Source of the DNA: Ginkgo biloba
Lineage: Eukaryota > Plantae > Ginkgophyta
DNA length: 26,017 nucleotides
Direction: 5' to 3'
Assembly: GCA_024626585.2 (NCBI GenBank)
Contig: JANKJI020000002.1
Coordinates: forward strand, 78,614,147 to 78,640,163
The position numbers and the translations under genes were made by a program. Below are positions 1 to 11,125 of this stretch, one piece after another. Numbering within the stretch: the stretch's first letter is position 1; each line of letters begins with the position of its first letter. Under the pieces are notes generated by a model that had not been told where the DNA came from, searched no databases, and worked only from the letters and a program-made list of their open reading frames with translations.

Positions 1-970
1 ATTAATCTCAACCTTAAAAGGAATATGAATATCAAGAAGCATAAAAATTACATAAAAATAAAGGAGTTCTTTTAACCTGTCAAAATCATAATGTCATGTC
101 AAAGTGTAGATAATGGAATGGAGATTCATCATAAGATCAAGTAGTATATATACAACCTATGAATGGAAATTAATGAATCACTTATAGAAATTATCCTAAC
201 CTAAAAACTGCTTGAGCTTATGTTAATAAGTGGGNNNNNNNNNNNNNNNNNNGGGGTCCAATCTCTCAAATCTTGAACCTTAGCCAAATCCATATGTACT
301 CCATCTTGGTATGTAATGAATCTAAGATATTGAACTAAATTATACCCAAAATAACCTTTACTTATATTATCATGAATATAATGAGGGATAATTTACTTTA
401 AAACATACTATAACTAATCCTCCCAAGTGTTAGGAAAATTTAAGATATCATCAATGTATATAACTATAAACACATCTAAGAAGGGGAAAAGGATGTCATT
501 CATCACCCTTATAATTGTGGTTATANNNNNNNNNNNNNNNTAGTCAAGCTAAATGAAGGGACCAAATCGCATCTTTAATGCGATATTCCACACATCCTAT
601 AGCTTCACTTAAACCTTGTGATAGCTAATTAAAAATCAATATTTGTAAAGTAATGTGCTCACTATAGTTGGTTAATCAAATCATTAATAAATGGAAGAGG
701 ATACATATTTTTTATTGTAATTTTATTCAATTCCTAATAATCAATGAATAATCTCTAAGATCCATCCTTATTAAGGACTAAAAGGATAAGAGATCCACAT
801 GGACTCAAAATAGGTTGAATAATCCCATCCTTAATCAATTAGTGAATTTATCTCTTCAAATTAAATAATTTGAGTATAGAGGTCTTATAGGAAGTCCTAT
901 TGAAAAATAATGGATGTAGATAAGAGATCTACATGATATTCCATATCTCCTTATGGAGGTGGCCCCTTGG
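1..970 (-). pseudogene. Gypsy reverse transcriptase and RNase H N-terminus, many stops and frameshifts
   Basis: Manual translation gives PPP*GDMEYHVDL, KDGS*RLFIDY*ELNKITIKNMYPLPFINDL, FLDVFIVIYIDDIL (YIDD at 447-458), DGVHMDLAKVQDLRDW, LKQFLG*DNFY and LLDIHIPFKVEIN. All match canonical gypsy RT/RH motifs. Confidence 0.95.
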
Positions 971-1342
971 GATTCTTAGAGACATTTGAATATGAATATA
1001 ATAAGGTGTAAGATATGGATGTTCCTTATCCTTACCACTTAATTTAATTCTAATAAAAATCTTGTGAAACCATCCTATTTATTAATAATAATAAGGGTGA
1101 ACTATTAGTAAGTATTAGCAATCTTTTTAGCTTAATTGGAAGAGGATAATTGAATAGAACCAACCTTATAATAGAGGTGATAAATATTACCATAATTTTA
1201 TAAAGTGTAAGTGTTATTTCATCCATCATATAATGTATATAAATAAAACTAGAAATACTTTCTAAATAATAAATTATAATAATCCATGAAGACTATGTCG
1301 CATGTCATCTCAACTATGTATCTTTGCATTGCAAATCAAACT

Positions 1343-1500
1343 CTACAAATGGATGACTACAAGTACCAATATAAGTAACCAATATAAGGGTATATAGAAA
1401 GGATATGGACCTATAGGAATATGAATATCATAAACAAGTTGAGTATAAATCAAGTTATTTATGCTTCCATCATTTAGTATAATGGGCATATTATGCTCCT
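1343..1500 (-). pseudogene. Retropepsin-type aspartic protease relic (catalytic D>N)
   Basis: ORF 1343..1564 contains PIILNDGSINNLIYTQLV, equivalent to the IID(S)GSxxNFI motif, and lies between gag and RT. Confidence 0.85.
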
Positions 1501-1679
1501 TCTCTTGGGAATGTTGAATAAAAAGATGTATGTAGTTAGAAAGAGAGATAGTTGTGATATTCAATGATAATTATTTATCCACTTTTAACTATACATAAAT
1601 GTTAACCACCTTATCTTCTTTTTAGAACAACAAAATATACCTATTCTTCAACCCCCTATTTTTTGGATTAGAATAGAAT

Positions 1680-2580
1680 TCATCCTTAGTGTACTTATAA
1701 CATTAATGATGATCATGAAATTTAGTCCATCCAATACATCTATGATTCTTCCTCCTAAAATACTATTATTTATCCCCCTTTGGATTTAAGGAAGACAAAG
1801 TAGAATTATAATAAGAAGAGAAAGAATAACCCTTATTCTTCTTTGAGACACTAAAATAACTAGTCTATCCATTATGCTGAGATAATACCTTATTAAGTTT
1901 CTTTTCCATATATAAAGTAAAGTAATAATATTTGTCCAATCTTGAAATTAGAATTTGGTATAACTCCTATTGATATTCTAAATAAAATCATCTAATAAAC
2001 TTGAGTTCCAAAGTGTTCTTACTATCATTCACGCAAAGTTGAATACTCAGTTAGAACTCATATATATATATTCTTTCATCAATTATCATATAAGCTAGTA
2101 TAAGTGTTGCTAATTATTGGATTACTACTCCTAATGATCCATGGGGTAGAACCTTCCATGAATATTCTACTTCATATTATCCCAAGAGGGGATATATGAC
2201 AATCATGCATTGGCTCTCTATAGACAAATATAATCCTACCTTAAGAAAATAGGCCTAGTCATCTTAAGCTTAGAAAAAAGGCATCATTACACATCCTCAA
2301 ATCCATATGTCTCAAAGTATACTTAAAGATCATGGATATATACATCCACCATACCAACATAAATAGTACCATAAAATGGTACAAACTCAATATTGGTATC
2401 AATATGTATAAATGATTTGGAATAATGAAGATAATATGTCAATGAAGAGGAACCCCTACTATAAATAAGATGACTCATAACCTTAAGTTGATTCTTGACA
2501 ATAATAAAACAATGTCTTAATAATTCAACTTCCTCCATATATGTAAAGGGTGGAGTGGTAGGAATATTATTATTCACCAT
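1680..2580 (-). pseudogene. Retrotransposon gag relic of element A
   Basis: ATG about 108 bp after the PBS. IEFVPFYGTIYVGMVDVYIHDL*VYFETY resembles the gag FDG..D...W...LE.YF motif. A degenerate knuckle-like WTKFHDHH*CYKY occurs near 1690-1735. Confidence 0.75.
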
Positions 2581-2687
2581 AGAAATTCATAAATAACATA
2601 AATATCCAATCACCAAAGGAAAAATGAATCCAAAAGATATATTAAAAAATACTTAGAAACATAGAAAAATTTAGAACTTTAAATATG

Positions 2688-2699
2688 GATCTAATACTA
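2688..2699 (-). promoter_or_regulatory. Degenerate tRNA-iMet primer-binding site of element A
   Basis: Minus strand TAGTATTAGATC vs TGGTATCAGAGC (9/12), 2 nt after the LTR end ...CATCA. Confidence 0.8.
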
Positions 2700-2701
2700 A
2701 T

Positions 2702-3023
2702 TGATGTGATGCTAGAGGGTTAATCATTAAATAACAACTAACAAAATATTAGTAAGAGTTTATAAACTATCCAAGGATTATATGTAAGTGGATCCATTGC
2801 TAAATGGATGATTGCCATAATTGTTGGATGTTGAAATAGATCTTAATGATGCACTAGAACAAACTATAACTGAGAAAATAATCAATTTAGAATTAAAAAA
2901 TTGAGTTTTGGGTTATAAAAATTATATGCTATGCCTTTCCTAGGATGCATTGTGCCTTTCCCTAGTTATGCCATGACATTTCCTACTACATTATGATTTT
3001 TCTTATCCACTCTATATTTTCCT
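2702..3023 (-). repeat. 3' part of the 5' LTR of element A (interrupted at about 3023)
   Basis: Ends in CA next to the PBS. 2702-2915 aligns with 4194-4407. Confidence 0.8.
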
Positions 3024-3148
3024 TAGTGTGATATTGGAGCATCTATGATTGAATAATAATTGATGGAATCTCATTGAAAACATAGTAAATTATCCAAGGG
3101 TTACTTATATATTTATTTTCTACTTATTAGATGCCTCTCATAGTTACT
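3024..3148 (-). repeat. Another LTR end of the same family, no PBS (3' or solo LTR); cut by gap
   Basis: Ungapped match to 4194-4318, about 93/125 identical by hand count. It is followed on the minus strand by AGGAAAAT rather than a PBS. Confidence 0.8.
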
Positions 3149-3589
3149 NNNNNNNNNNNNNNNNNNNNNNNNNNNNNNNNNNNNNNNNNNNNNNNNNNNN
3201 NNNNNNNNNNNNNNNNNNNNNNNNNNNNNNNNNNNNNNNNNNNNNNNNTTGGAGGCCATATTATTCTTCACCAAATATTTTTCTTCAACTCGGGTGACCT
3301 ACTCTTCTCTTCATATTTGTGGTCATTTCTTTCCAACCCAATGTGCTCTAAATTGTTATCTCCCTCAAAGTGGCTTGAATTTGACATCTCCAATGCAACA
3401 GCCTTGCATTCTATGTTGTCGAATGATTCTTCAATAAGTTGTTTGTTCTTTGATTTTATCTTCTTGAAAATATCATCCATTTATCTAGGCAGCCACTTCT
3501 CCTCTGATGATTGAAGGTATCATGCAAGATCTAATGTGTTATATGTAAGGGTTTCACAACTATATGGTGTTGATATTTGATGGCTTCAA

Positions 3590-4410
3590 CTCATAGGCAT
3601 TAATTTATTCTCTAATGTCAAACAATTCCTCTCCTATAGATCTATGATACTTGTTATATCATCCTTAACATTCTAAGAAGGCACATATAATAAGCCTAGT
3701 CATTAGATATCTATAAACATAGTGCATCCCACCATAAAACTACATGCTTGGTCATCTTGAGCTTAGTGAATATGAATTATTTATCATTATCAAAGACTTG
3801 TATCTTTAAATATATTCCAATATCATGAATCCATATATCTAAACTATAAACATATATATTCCCATCAAATGATACCAACTCAATCTTGGTGTCAATATTG
3901 ACTAAGTACCTAGAAGTAGGAAGAGAAGTGGTCAATGAAGAGGTTCCCCCACTAGAAACATTCTATCTTATTACTATAATATCTTACTATAGAAAAAATA
4001 TTTTCTACCTTAACATTTTTAATTCCTTCATGAAATCATAGTATGGATTGGTGGAAGTCTATTTATTTATCATAAAAATCCAAAAATAATGAAAATATAT
4101 AGTCACCAAAAGAAAAGAAGGCCAAATAAATGAATAAAAAAAAAAATTACAATATATAAAAATTTAGAACCTAAAATAATATCTGATACTAAGTGGTGTG
4201 ACATTGAAGGGTCAATCATTAACCAATAATTTATGGAAGATAAGAGAAGACATAATAAATTATCTAAGGATAACCTATAGGTTTACTTGATACTAATTAG
4301 ATTCCTCCCATAGCAACTAGATGTTAGTATAGATCTATGAGAAGCATCAAAATGGACTAAAACTAATAAATTAATATATTCAATTGATAAACTAAGTTTT
4401 AGGTTGGAAA
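3590..4410 (-). mobile_element. Second copy of the same gypsy family (element B): 5' LTR end, PBS, gag N-terminus
   Basis: Colinear with about 2100-2915, for example GTCAATGAAGAGG and AAAATTTAGAAC in both. Gag ATG at 4071-4073; LTR end ...GTCACACCA at 4194. Confidence 0.88.
4180..4191 (-). promoter_or_regulatory. Degenerate tRNA-iMet PBS of element B
   Basis: Minus strand TAGTATCAGATA (9/12), 2 nt after the LTR CA. Confidence 0.82.
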
Positions 4411-5067
4411 CATAATTATAATTATGAATTTTTGGGTATGTTCCACCTCTTTTCGTAAAAAATAATTAAAGACTCTAAATTATAATATTTTATAATTTGC
4501 GTATGAGTTGACTACATGTGCATAGAATCATAAATCATGAATAAATAAACCAAATACATAAGAATATATAAATATACCAAGGATGTGATATGGTATTAAA
4601 GTACCTTCTAAATATTAAAAATACANNNNNNNNNNNNNNNNNNNNNNNNNNNNNNNNNNNNNNNNNNNNNNNNNNNNNNNNNNNNNNNNNNNNNNNNNNN
4701 NNNNNNNNNNNNNNNNNNNNNNNNNNNNNNNNNNNNNNNNNNNNNNNNNNNNNNNNNNNNNNNNNNNNNNNNNNNNNNNNNNNNNNNNNNNNNNNNNNNN
4801 NNNNNNNNNNNNNNNNNNNNNNNNNNNNNNNNNNNNNNNNNNNNNNNNNNNNNNNNNNNNNNNNNNNNNNNNNNNNNNNNNNNNNNNNNNNNNNNNNNNN
4901 NNNNNNNNNNNNNNNNNNNNNNNNNNNNNNNNNNNNNNNNNNNNNNNNNNNNNNNNNNNNNNNNNNNNNNNNNNNNNNNNNNNNNNNNNNNNNNNNNNNN
5001 NNNNNNNNNNNNNNNNNNNNNNNNNNNNNNNNNNNNNNNNNNNNNNNNNNNNNNNNNNNNNNNNNNN

Positions 5068-5865
5068 AATACCATAGCCCACCTATACTACCTAGATCCC
5101 AACTTGACCTTAGGCAGAAAAGACAACAAAGGCTCATAATCTGTCACAACTTCAAACTCATTATACATCAAATAATGCTCCAAATCTTAATGGCATGAAT
5201 AACTGCTAGAAGCTATTGATCATAAATTGGATACCTCTACTTAGTTTTATTCATCTTCCTACTCTCAAAGCCACAACCTTACCATCCTTTATAAGTACTA
5301 CTCCAATAGCATCGGCGAAGATGGTGAAAGGCCTTGCCACATCTAGTAGAGTCAAGATTGATGCCTCTGTAAGCTCCTGCTTTAACAAGTCAAAATTGGC
5401 TTGACATTTCTAAATCCGCTTGAATCTCTTTGATTTCTTCAACAACTTGGAGTCTTCCATTCCCAAACCACCTTGACCTTCTTAGGATCAACCGCTATCC
5501 CTCAAGCCAAAACTATATGCCCAAGATATTCTACTTCTTCCTCATAGAAATCACACTTAGACAACTTGGCATATAATTTCTCTTTCCTTAGAACATTTAA
5601 GACCATACGAAATTGCCTCTCATGCTCTTCCTTTTGCTACAAATCATAATATCATCAAGAAATAGAGTTACGAATTTATCCAACAGAGGCTTAAAAATAG
5701 TATTCGTTAACCTCATAAAAATAGTTAGAGCATTAGTAAGTCCAAAGGCATTCCCAAGTACTCATAGTGGCCATCTCTCGTAGTGAAGGTTGTCTTCTAG
5801 ATGCCGTTCGAATGAATTTTGATGTAATGATAGACACTCCTTAGACCAATCATGGAGAAAACAGG
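5068..5865 (-). pseudogene. Gypsy RT-RNase H relic (N-terminally truncated)
   Basis: FSMIGLRSVYHYIKI, KTTFTTRDGHYEYLGM/FGLTNA, KFVTLFLDDIM (FLDD at 5651-5662), KLYAKLSKCDFYEEEVEYLGH, GIAVDPKKV, PFTIFADA, FESRKM, LLAVIHAIKIW and FEVVTD. Confidence 0.95.
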
Positions 5866-6149
5866 TCAGCCAACCTCGAGCATTCCGTCCATATGCAAAG
5901 ACTTTATAGTCATCTAGGAATACTAGTGTCAACATACAACTCAGAGACATTAAACTTAAAGTTCATATAACCATCCCAAACTTGTTTCCATAGTTCATTT
6001 ATGACGGGGTGCAATCTCGTAGATATCATGCACACAACATTTTGGGGCAATATATAACAAGGTGTTAGGATAGATCATAGGCATGTTCGTAATGGTCTAG
6101 GCCCTTGCCACACTACTTTAAAGCAATTTACTATTATACAAGTAATGTG

Positions 6150-6740
6150 AGCAAGGGGGAAAAGCCTCCTTTATCATCTTTGATTGATTTTAAGGAGTTG
6201 AGAAATAACTTTTATCCTCTAGGGTATGAGGATTAGATATATATCAAGTGGAAGTATCTATGAAAAAAGGTGATATAGTAATTTTAGGATTATTATGAGG
6301 AATATTAAGATCTCTCTATTAAGTTGGATAATAAGGATCCTATATAGAATATGGTTCTTACATTTGTTAGTGGGATCCATAATTAACTTCAATACGAGGT
6401 TTATATTATTTCTCTCCATACTATATAGTAAGAATATATTTTTTCTTCCATGATCAAAGATTAAAAGAAAACATATCAATCCTTTTTAAGAAAGACCAAT
6501 CAAAAGAACACTTCTTCTCCTCCTTCATTCCCTTTTAGTAGGGATAGGAAAAAGATATGTTCTCATCATTAAAATAAGTATGGGAATTGTGGGAATATAA
6601 GACATGATGATAAAACTAATTACTTCAAGATACATCCAGATAAGGCACCCAGGAATTTGCATTAGAAGAATAAGAAGGGTACAAAATATATTCCTAAAGT
6701 AGTTATTATTTCACATGATCCAAATCCTATGATTTCCTTA
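6150..6740 (+). pseudogene. Retrotransposon gag relic (opposite strand to the adjacent RT)
   Basis: DFKELRNNFYPLGYED*IYIKWKYL resembles the plant gypsy gag FYP.GY....W..LRQ motif. A degenerate knuckle-like GNCGNIRHDD...KIHP occurs near 6580-6640. Confidence 0.7.
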
Positions 6741-6747
6741 GTTAACA

Positions 6748-6799
6748 CTGTTGAGTACCCAACACACCCCGTAGGTTTTCCCTCGCGGGGGCCCCCTTT
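6748..6799. repeat. Probable terminus of a younger LTR element, cut by gap
   Basis: Abrupt switch at TGTTG to GC/CpG-rich sequence containing GGTTTTCCC. Confidence 0.4.
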
Positions 6800-7059
6800 N
6801 NNNNNNNNNNNNNNNNNNNNNNNNNNNNNNNNNNNNNNNNNNNNNNNNNNNNNNNNNNNNNNNNNNNNNNNNNNNNNNNNNNNNNNNNNNNNNNNNNNNC
6901 TTCATGCTTGAAAGAAGTTAATGCAAGATTCTTAGAAGTTTATCTTGATCATACTTAGAGGGAATACTAGTCAAGTTTTAATACTTGTAATAAGCTAAAA
7001 ATAGCCATAAAATATAATAAATAAATATAGCATATAAAGAGACTCTTATCTAAGTATGA

Positions 7060-7595
7060 TGATATGTTTATATATCCATATTTCATTCCACCTAAAAGGG
7101 CCATTTCATATTACATAGATCTAGTCCTTGGGGAAATTTTTTCCCAATAGAGATCTTTATCACAATATTATTTTGGAGAATAATGAGATCAATAGGTAAT
7201 TGTCAAAGTTATTGGAGAAGGATTGAATTTATCCTAGTTCCTCTCCATGTCAGTATCATATGATATTGGTGCCAAAAAAGGATGGATCATGGCACATGTA
7301 CATCAATTATATATCTATTAATAAAATCAAAGTGAAGAACAAGTATCATTTGTCCCACATCAATGATTTATTGCATTATCTATAAGGAGATAAGTATTTT
7401 AGTAAGATTAATTTGAAGTCAATATACGATCGAGTGAGAGTCAAGGAAGAAGACACTACAAAGAGAGATTTCAAGATAAAGCAGGGGCTCTTTGAGTGGT
7501 TAGCCATGCCTTTTATACCAACCAATGGTCCTACTACTTTCACGAGGCTTATTATTGATATACTTATTCCATTCATGGATTATCTTATTATAGGT
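7060..7595 (+). pseudogene. Gypsy RT N-terminal relic interrupted by an LTR insertion
   Basis: IPPKRAISYYIDLV, ILVPKKDGSWHMYINY, NKIKVKNKY and FSKINLKSIYDRVRVKEEDTTKRDFKIKQGLFEWLAMPF..TNGPTTF. Homology stops just before the YxDD motif. Confidence 0.93.
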
Positions 7596-8013
7596 TGTTA
7601 TGACCCTAATCACTATTAATTAATAGTTAATTAATAGAATAACTTTCATAAGCATTAACTATTAATTAATGATACTTAGTAGTTAATTAATACTAAACAA
7701 AGGGTCGCACAATTAGAGGTATAACAAAGAGGTTATTCCTTTGACCCTTTGTGACCTATATATAGGGCACTCTCGATTCATTTGGACATTAGAACATATC
7801 ACATATCCAATATTTTCTACTTCCTTCTTAGAAGAAGAAGACTATTCTACATTGGGTAGCAGGTGCTCCTAATTAGATGGTCAATTGTGGTGGCAGGTGC
7901 CCCACAACCCCTTCATTCTGTAATATTTAATATTATTAATCAAAATTCATTTTCATTATAAAATTGTTAAACTACTCAATATTATTTAGCTATTCCCTAT
8001 TTGGGACATTACA
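7596..8013 (+). repeat. Complete 418-bp 5' LTR of a nested element
   Basis: TG...CA ends with imperfect terminal inverted repeats TGTTATGACCC / GGGACATTACA (9/11). TATA-like TATATATA at 7757-7764; PBS 2 nt downstream. Confidence 0.9.
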
Positions 8014-8015
8014 AG

Positions 8016-8027
8016 TGGTATCAGAGT
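8016..8027 (+). promoter_or_regulatory. tRNA-iMet PBS
   Basis: TGGTATCAGAGT (11/12) after ...TTACA-AG. Confidence 0.92.
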
Positions 8028-9616
8028 CGTTGCGATCACAGCTAGGGCTTCTACCAGTGGCAGTNNNNNNNNNNNNNNNNNNNNNNNNNNNNNNNNNNNN
8101 NNNNNNNNNNNNNNNNNNNNNNNNNNNNNNNNNNNNNNNNNNNNNNNNNNNNNNNNNNNNNNNNATATGGATACAATAATATGGAGGATTAGTATAAATC
8201 AATACTCATATTTTAATAGATAAATCTGTAAATAAGCAACCTTTCCCCTTCAAATTTGGTTTTAAATTACCAAGATTATTATATAATAATTCTCCTCTAA
8301 TGGTGGGTTGTATGAATTCATTTTTTATAAATTTTGAGAATATATGTGGACATGATATACACATATATGAAGAGTTCCAAACTATGTTAATAATGTCTAA
8401 GATTTTGGATATTAGCAACAAACAATACATACAAAAATATTAAAAATCATATTAAAAATAATTCATCCAAATTAACCACCTTATTATTCCTTCAAAATAT
8501 ACCTAAGCCTCCTCACCTTACATGGACTCTTTTACTCTTATCATAACTCTTACTTCACATTTCACTAACCCTTCCCTTTCTTGTTCTCCATTTTAAACCC
8601 TATCATAGTCTCTAGCTCTTATTAATATTATTATTCAATATTCTCTAACCATTGATTATAATCCTAAGATATAAACTTCCCTCTCAAATTGTGTATCATC
8701 ATCTTACTCTCTACCATGCATTGTCCTACTCTTGAATAATTATTTCTAGGCTCCAGTTCTATNNNNNNNNNNNNNNGACATCATTTTTTTTTAATATTAA
8801 CTTTAATTTACTATAAATTATCTAACATAATATATTATACAAATTTGTAACCCTACATATTAGTTTCCACACTCATATAATATCAAACTCTCTCTATCAT
8901 ATTATATTAATCCCTATATTATATTGACCTAACACTAACCATATAGAATCCTAATAAGAATATAATTATCCTTATGATAATTATACTAACCCTAGGTGGT
9001 TTTAATCACCTCTTTCCATTAGTTTAAACTTAATGTATAACTTTTTAACTATGTAACCCTATATTGTGTCTCTTAACTCTATAAATTATTTTCCTTGAAT
9101 ATTTTATGCTAAATTATCTAACTATTCTCTCTCTTATTAATACTTACTTAAGTCTAACTATAATTACTCACTTATATCTAACTCTTCTTGGTCTCTAATT
9201 AAAATTTAACTCAAATATCAATAGTATACCATCTTCAATCTTCCCTTACACTCTCCCCTTTACTATGTGCCTTTACCTAGTCTCTAACTCTAGTCATAAG
9301 TGCTAACTCCCATCCCATTATTCCATTTAATTTCCAATTCACTCTTATTGCTATTATTTAATACAATTCCTATTATATAAGTGTAACAATAAGTATTATC
9401 TACTATCTTACTCAATCCACTCTCTCATTCTCATTCCTAACATCTAATTCTAACGAAAATTTCCAATGTACATAACTTTTCCCCACTCTACCATGTAATA
9501 ACTAAGTCACTCTAAANNNNNNNNNNNNNNNNNNNNNNNNNNNNNNNNNNNNNNNNNNNNNNNNNNNNNNNNNNNNNNNNNNNNNNNNNNNNNNNNNNNN
9601 NNNNNNNNNNNNNNNN

Positions 9617-9947
9617 TCCCAAATTGGAATTATAAATAGAGGTCATTTCTTTATTTCTACACATCAAATCATTAGAAATGAATTATTCTTGCACTTTAGA
9701 GATTTTAAGACCATTTAGGGAAGTAGGTGCATCACACTAAGCATTCTTGTGGGTAGTAAATTCCCCACACTCATCATTTATCTTATTCACATCTTCTTAA
9801 TATACTTTATGACCATGGCATTAAAGTTTTAATATTATTTAAGAATTATTATTATTGTGGTAAGTTACTTGGAATTATATTATTTACTATATATGTGATT
9901 GTTACTTCTCTATATTATCTAGCAGTGGCCTCATTTGGGACACTACA
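9617..9947 (+). repeat. 5' LTR (3' part), related to the 7596-8013 LTR
   Basis: TATAAATA near 9631. Ends ATTTGGGACACTACA vs ATTTGGGACATTACA in the other LTR; followed by a PBS. Confidence 0.85.
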
Positions 9948-9949
9948 AA

Positions 9950-9960
9950 TGGTATCAAAG
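9950..9960 (+). promoter_or_regulatory. tRNA-iMet PBS
   Basis: TGGTATCAAAG, 2 nt after the LTR CA. Confidence 0.85.
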
Positions 9961-10030
9961 AAAGATATGATATAAGNNNNNNNNNNNNNNNNNNNNNNNN
10001 NNNNGTGGTACAAACAAGAAATAAATCTAC

Positions 10031-10773
10031 TATGGAGGAAGGAAAAATAAATAAAAAAAAAAAAATTCATGGAAGTAAACTAAAGGGTGAAACATTTAAA
10101 AGATTCATTCAAAGGTATAAATAAGAAAGTCAGAGATGTCGTAACATCACTTGAATACTTGAAAGAAAGAGGAAGCATAAGAGATATTTTAAGCCAAATC
10201 TTGAGTATCAAAACATTAACATGATATGAAAGGGAATATCATTCATAAGAACCATAAAAATCATCAAAATATAGAAAGAGTGGGCTAACTAAGAATAATA
10301 GGGGTATTTACAACTTATAGGTAAAGATTCCAAACTACTCTTTTAATGGGCTGGTAGAACCACTCGAATGGATAGAGAAGATAGCTATAGCATTATGACA
10401 AACTAGAGTAATAATAGAAGATAAAATTGTAGAAGTATCCATTCAATTTTTGGAAGGACTATCAAATGCCTGGGCAATAATATGGATAAATAGGAATTCT
10501 AATGGGCCATGTGTATTTACAAAATTTAGAGAAAATTTATTCAAATGAGCATATCAAAATTGGAATGATTCATGCAAGCTATTATTGTCACATCCCTACC
10601 AAAGGGAAGGAATAGTAGAATAATATACAAAAAAAAATTAGATCCTAGAAGCGAAGGTGACAAATATGGATGAGAAGGATGTGTTATAATTTACATAACA
10701 AGTATGAGACCCAAAATAAATGAAAATGTAAGAATGTTTAAACCTAGAAACCTAGAAGATGTAATATTTTATG
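10031..10773 (+). pseudogene. Gag relic downstream of the PBS
   Basis: EPLEWIEKIA, IQFLEGLSNAW, QREGIVE*YT and MRPKINENVRMFKPRNLEDVI resemble Retrotrans_gag motifs (W...E; L.G.A..W; Q..G.V.EY; GL...I...V....P..L..A). Confidence 0.8.
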
Positions 10774-11082
10774 NNNNNNNNNNNNNNNNNNNNNNNNNNN
10801 NNNNNNNNNNNNNNNNNNNNNNNNNNNNNNNNNNNNNNNNNNNNNNNNNNNNNNNNNNNNNNNNNNNNNNNNNATATTACAATAAAAGTAGTATGTGTCA
10901 TAATATTATACTTGATATTATTTATTATAATAAATATATTATATAACCTATAATAATATATATTAATATAATATATCTTATAATTAATATATTATATCAT
11001 ACATAATATTTTATTAAAACATTACATAATACATAATATTAAATTATAACAGGTTATGTCGTGGTGTGAACTATCATTAATG

Positions 11083-11084
<2 letters not shown>

Positions 11085-11115
<31 letters not shown>
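11085..11115. repeat. (TG)15 microsatellite
   Basis: Perfect dinucleotide run, preceded by an AT-rich low-complexity tract at 10874-11050. Confidence 0.97.

Positions 11116-11125
<10 letters not shown>

Larger units (their letters stand above)
1..3023 (-). mobile_element. Decayed Ty3/gypsy LTR retrotransposon (element A): 5' LTR part, PBS, gag, protease, RT, start of RNase H; runs off the window start
   Basis: Minus-strand order is LTR end (...ATCACATCA at 2702), PBS, gag ATG at 2580, protease near 1475, RT about 970-250, then RNase H start near 1-50. RT directly after protease with no intervening integrase is the gypsy order. Confidence 0.93.

Noticed and set aside
3268-3480. 70-aa charged ORF
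   Set aside because: No motif and a stop immediately upstream; probably a fragment of another TE, unassignable.
4535-5198. Long ORFs of 155-202 aa
   Set aside because: Artefacts of translating through N runs.
7596-8013. Cassandra-type TRIM LTR carrying 5S rRNA
   Set aside because: No 5S A/C-box similarity visible in this or other LTRs.
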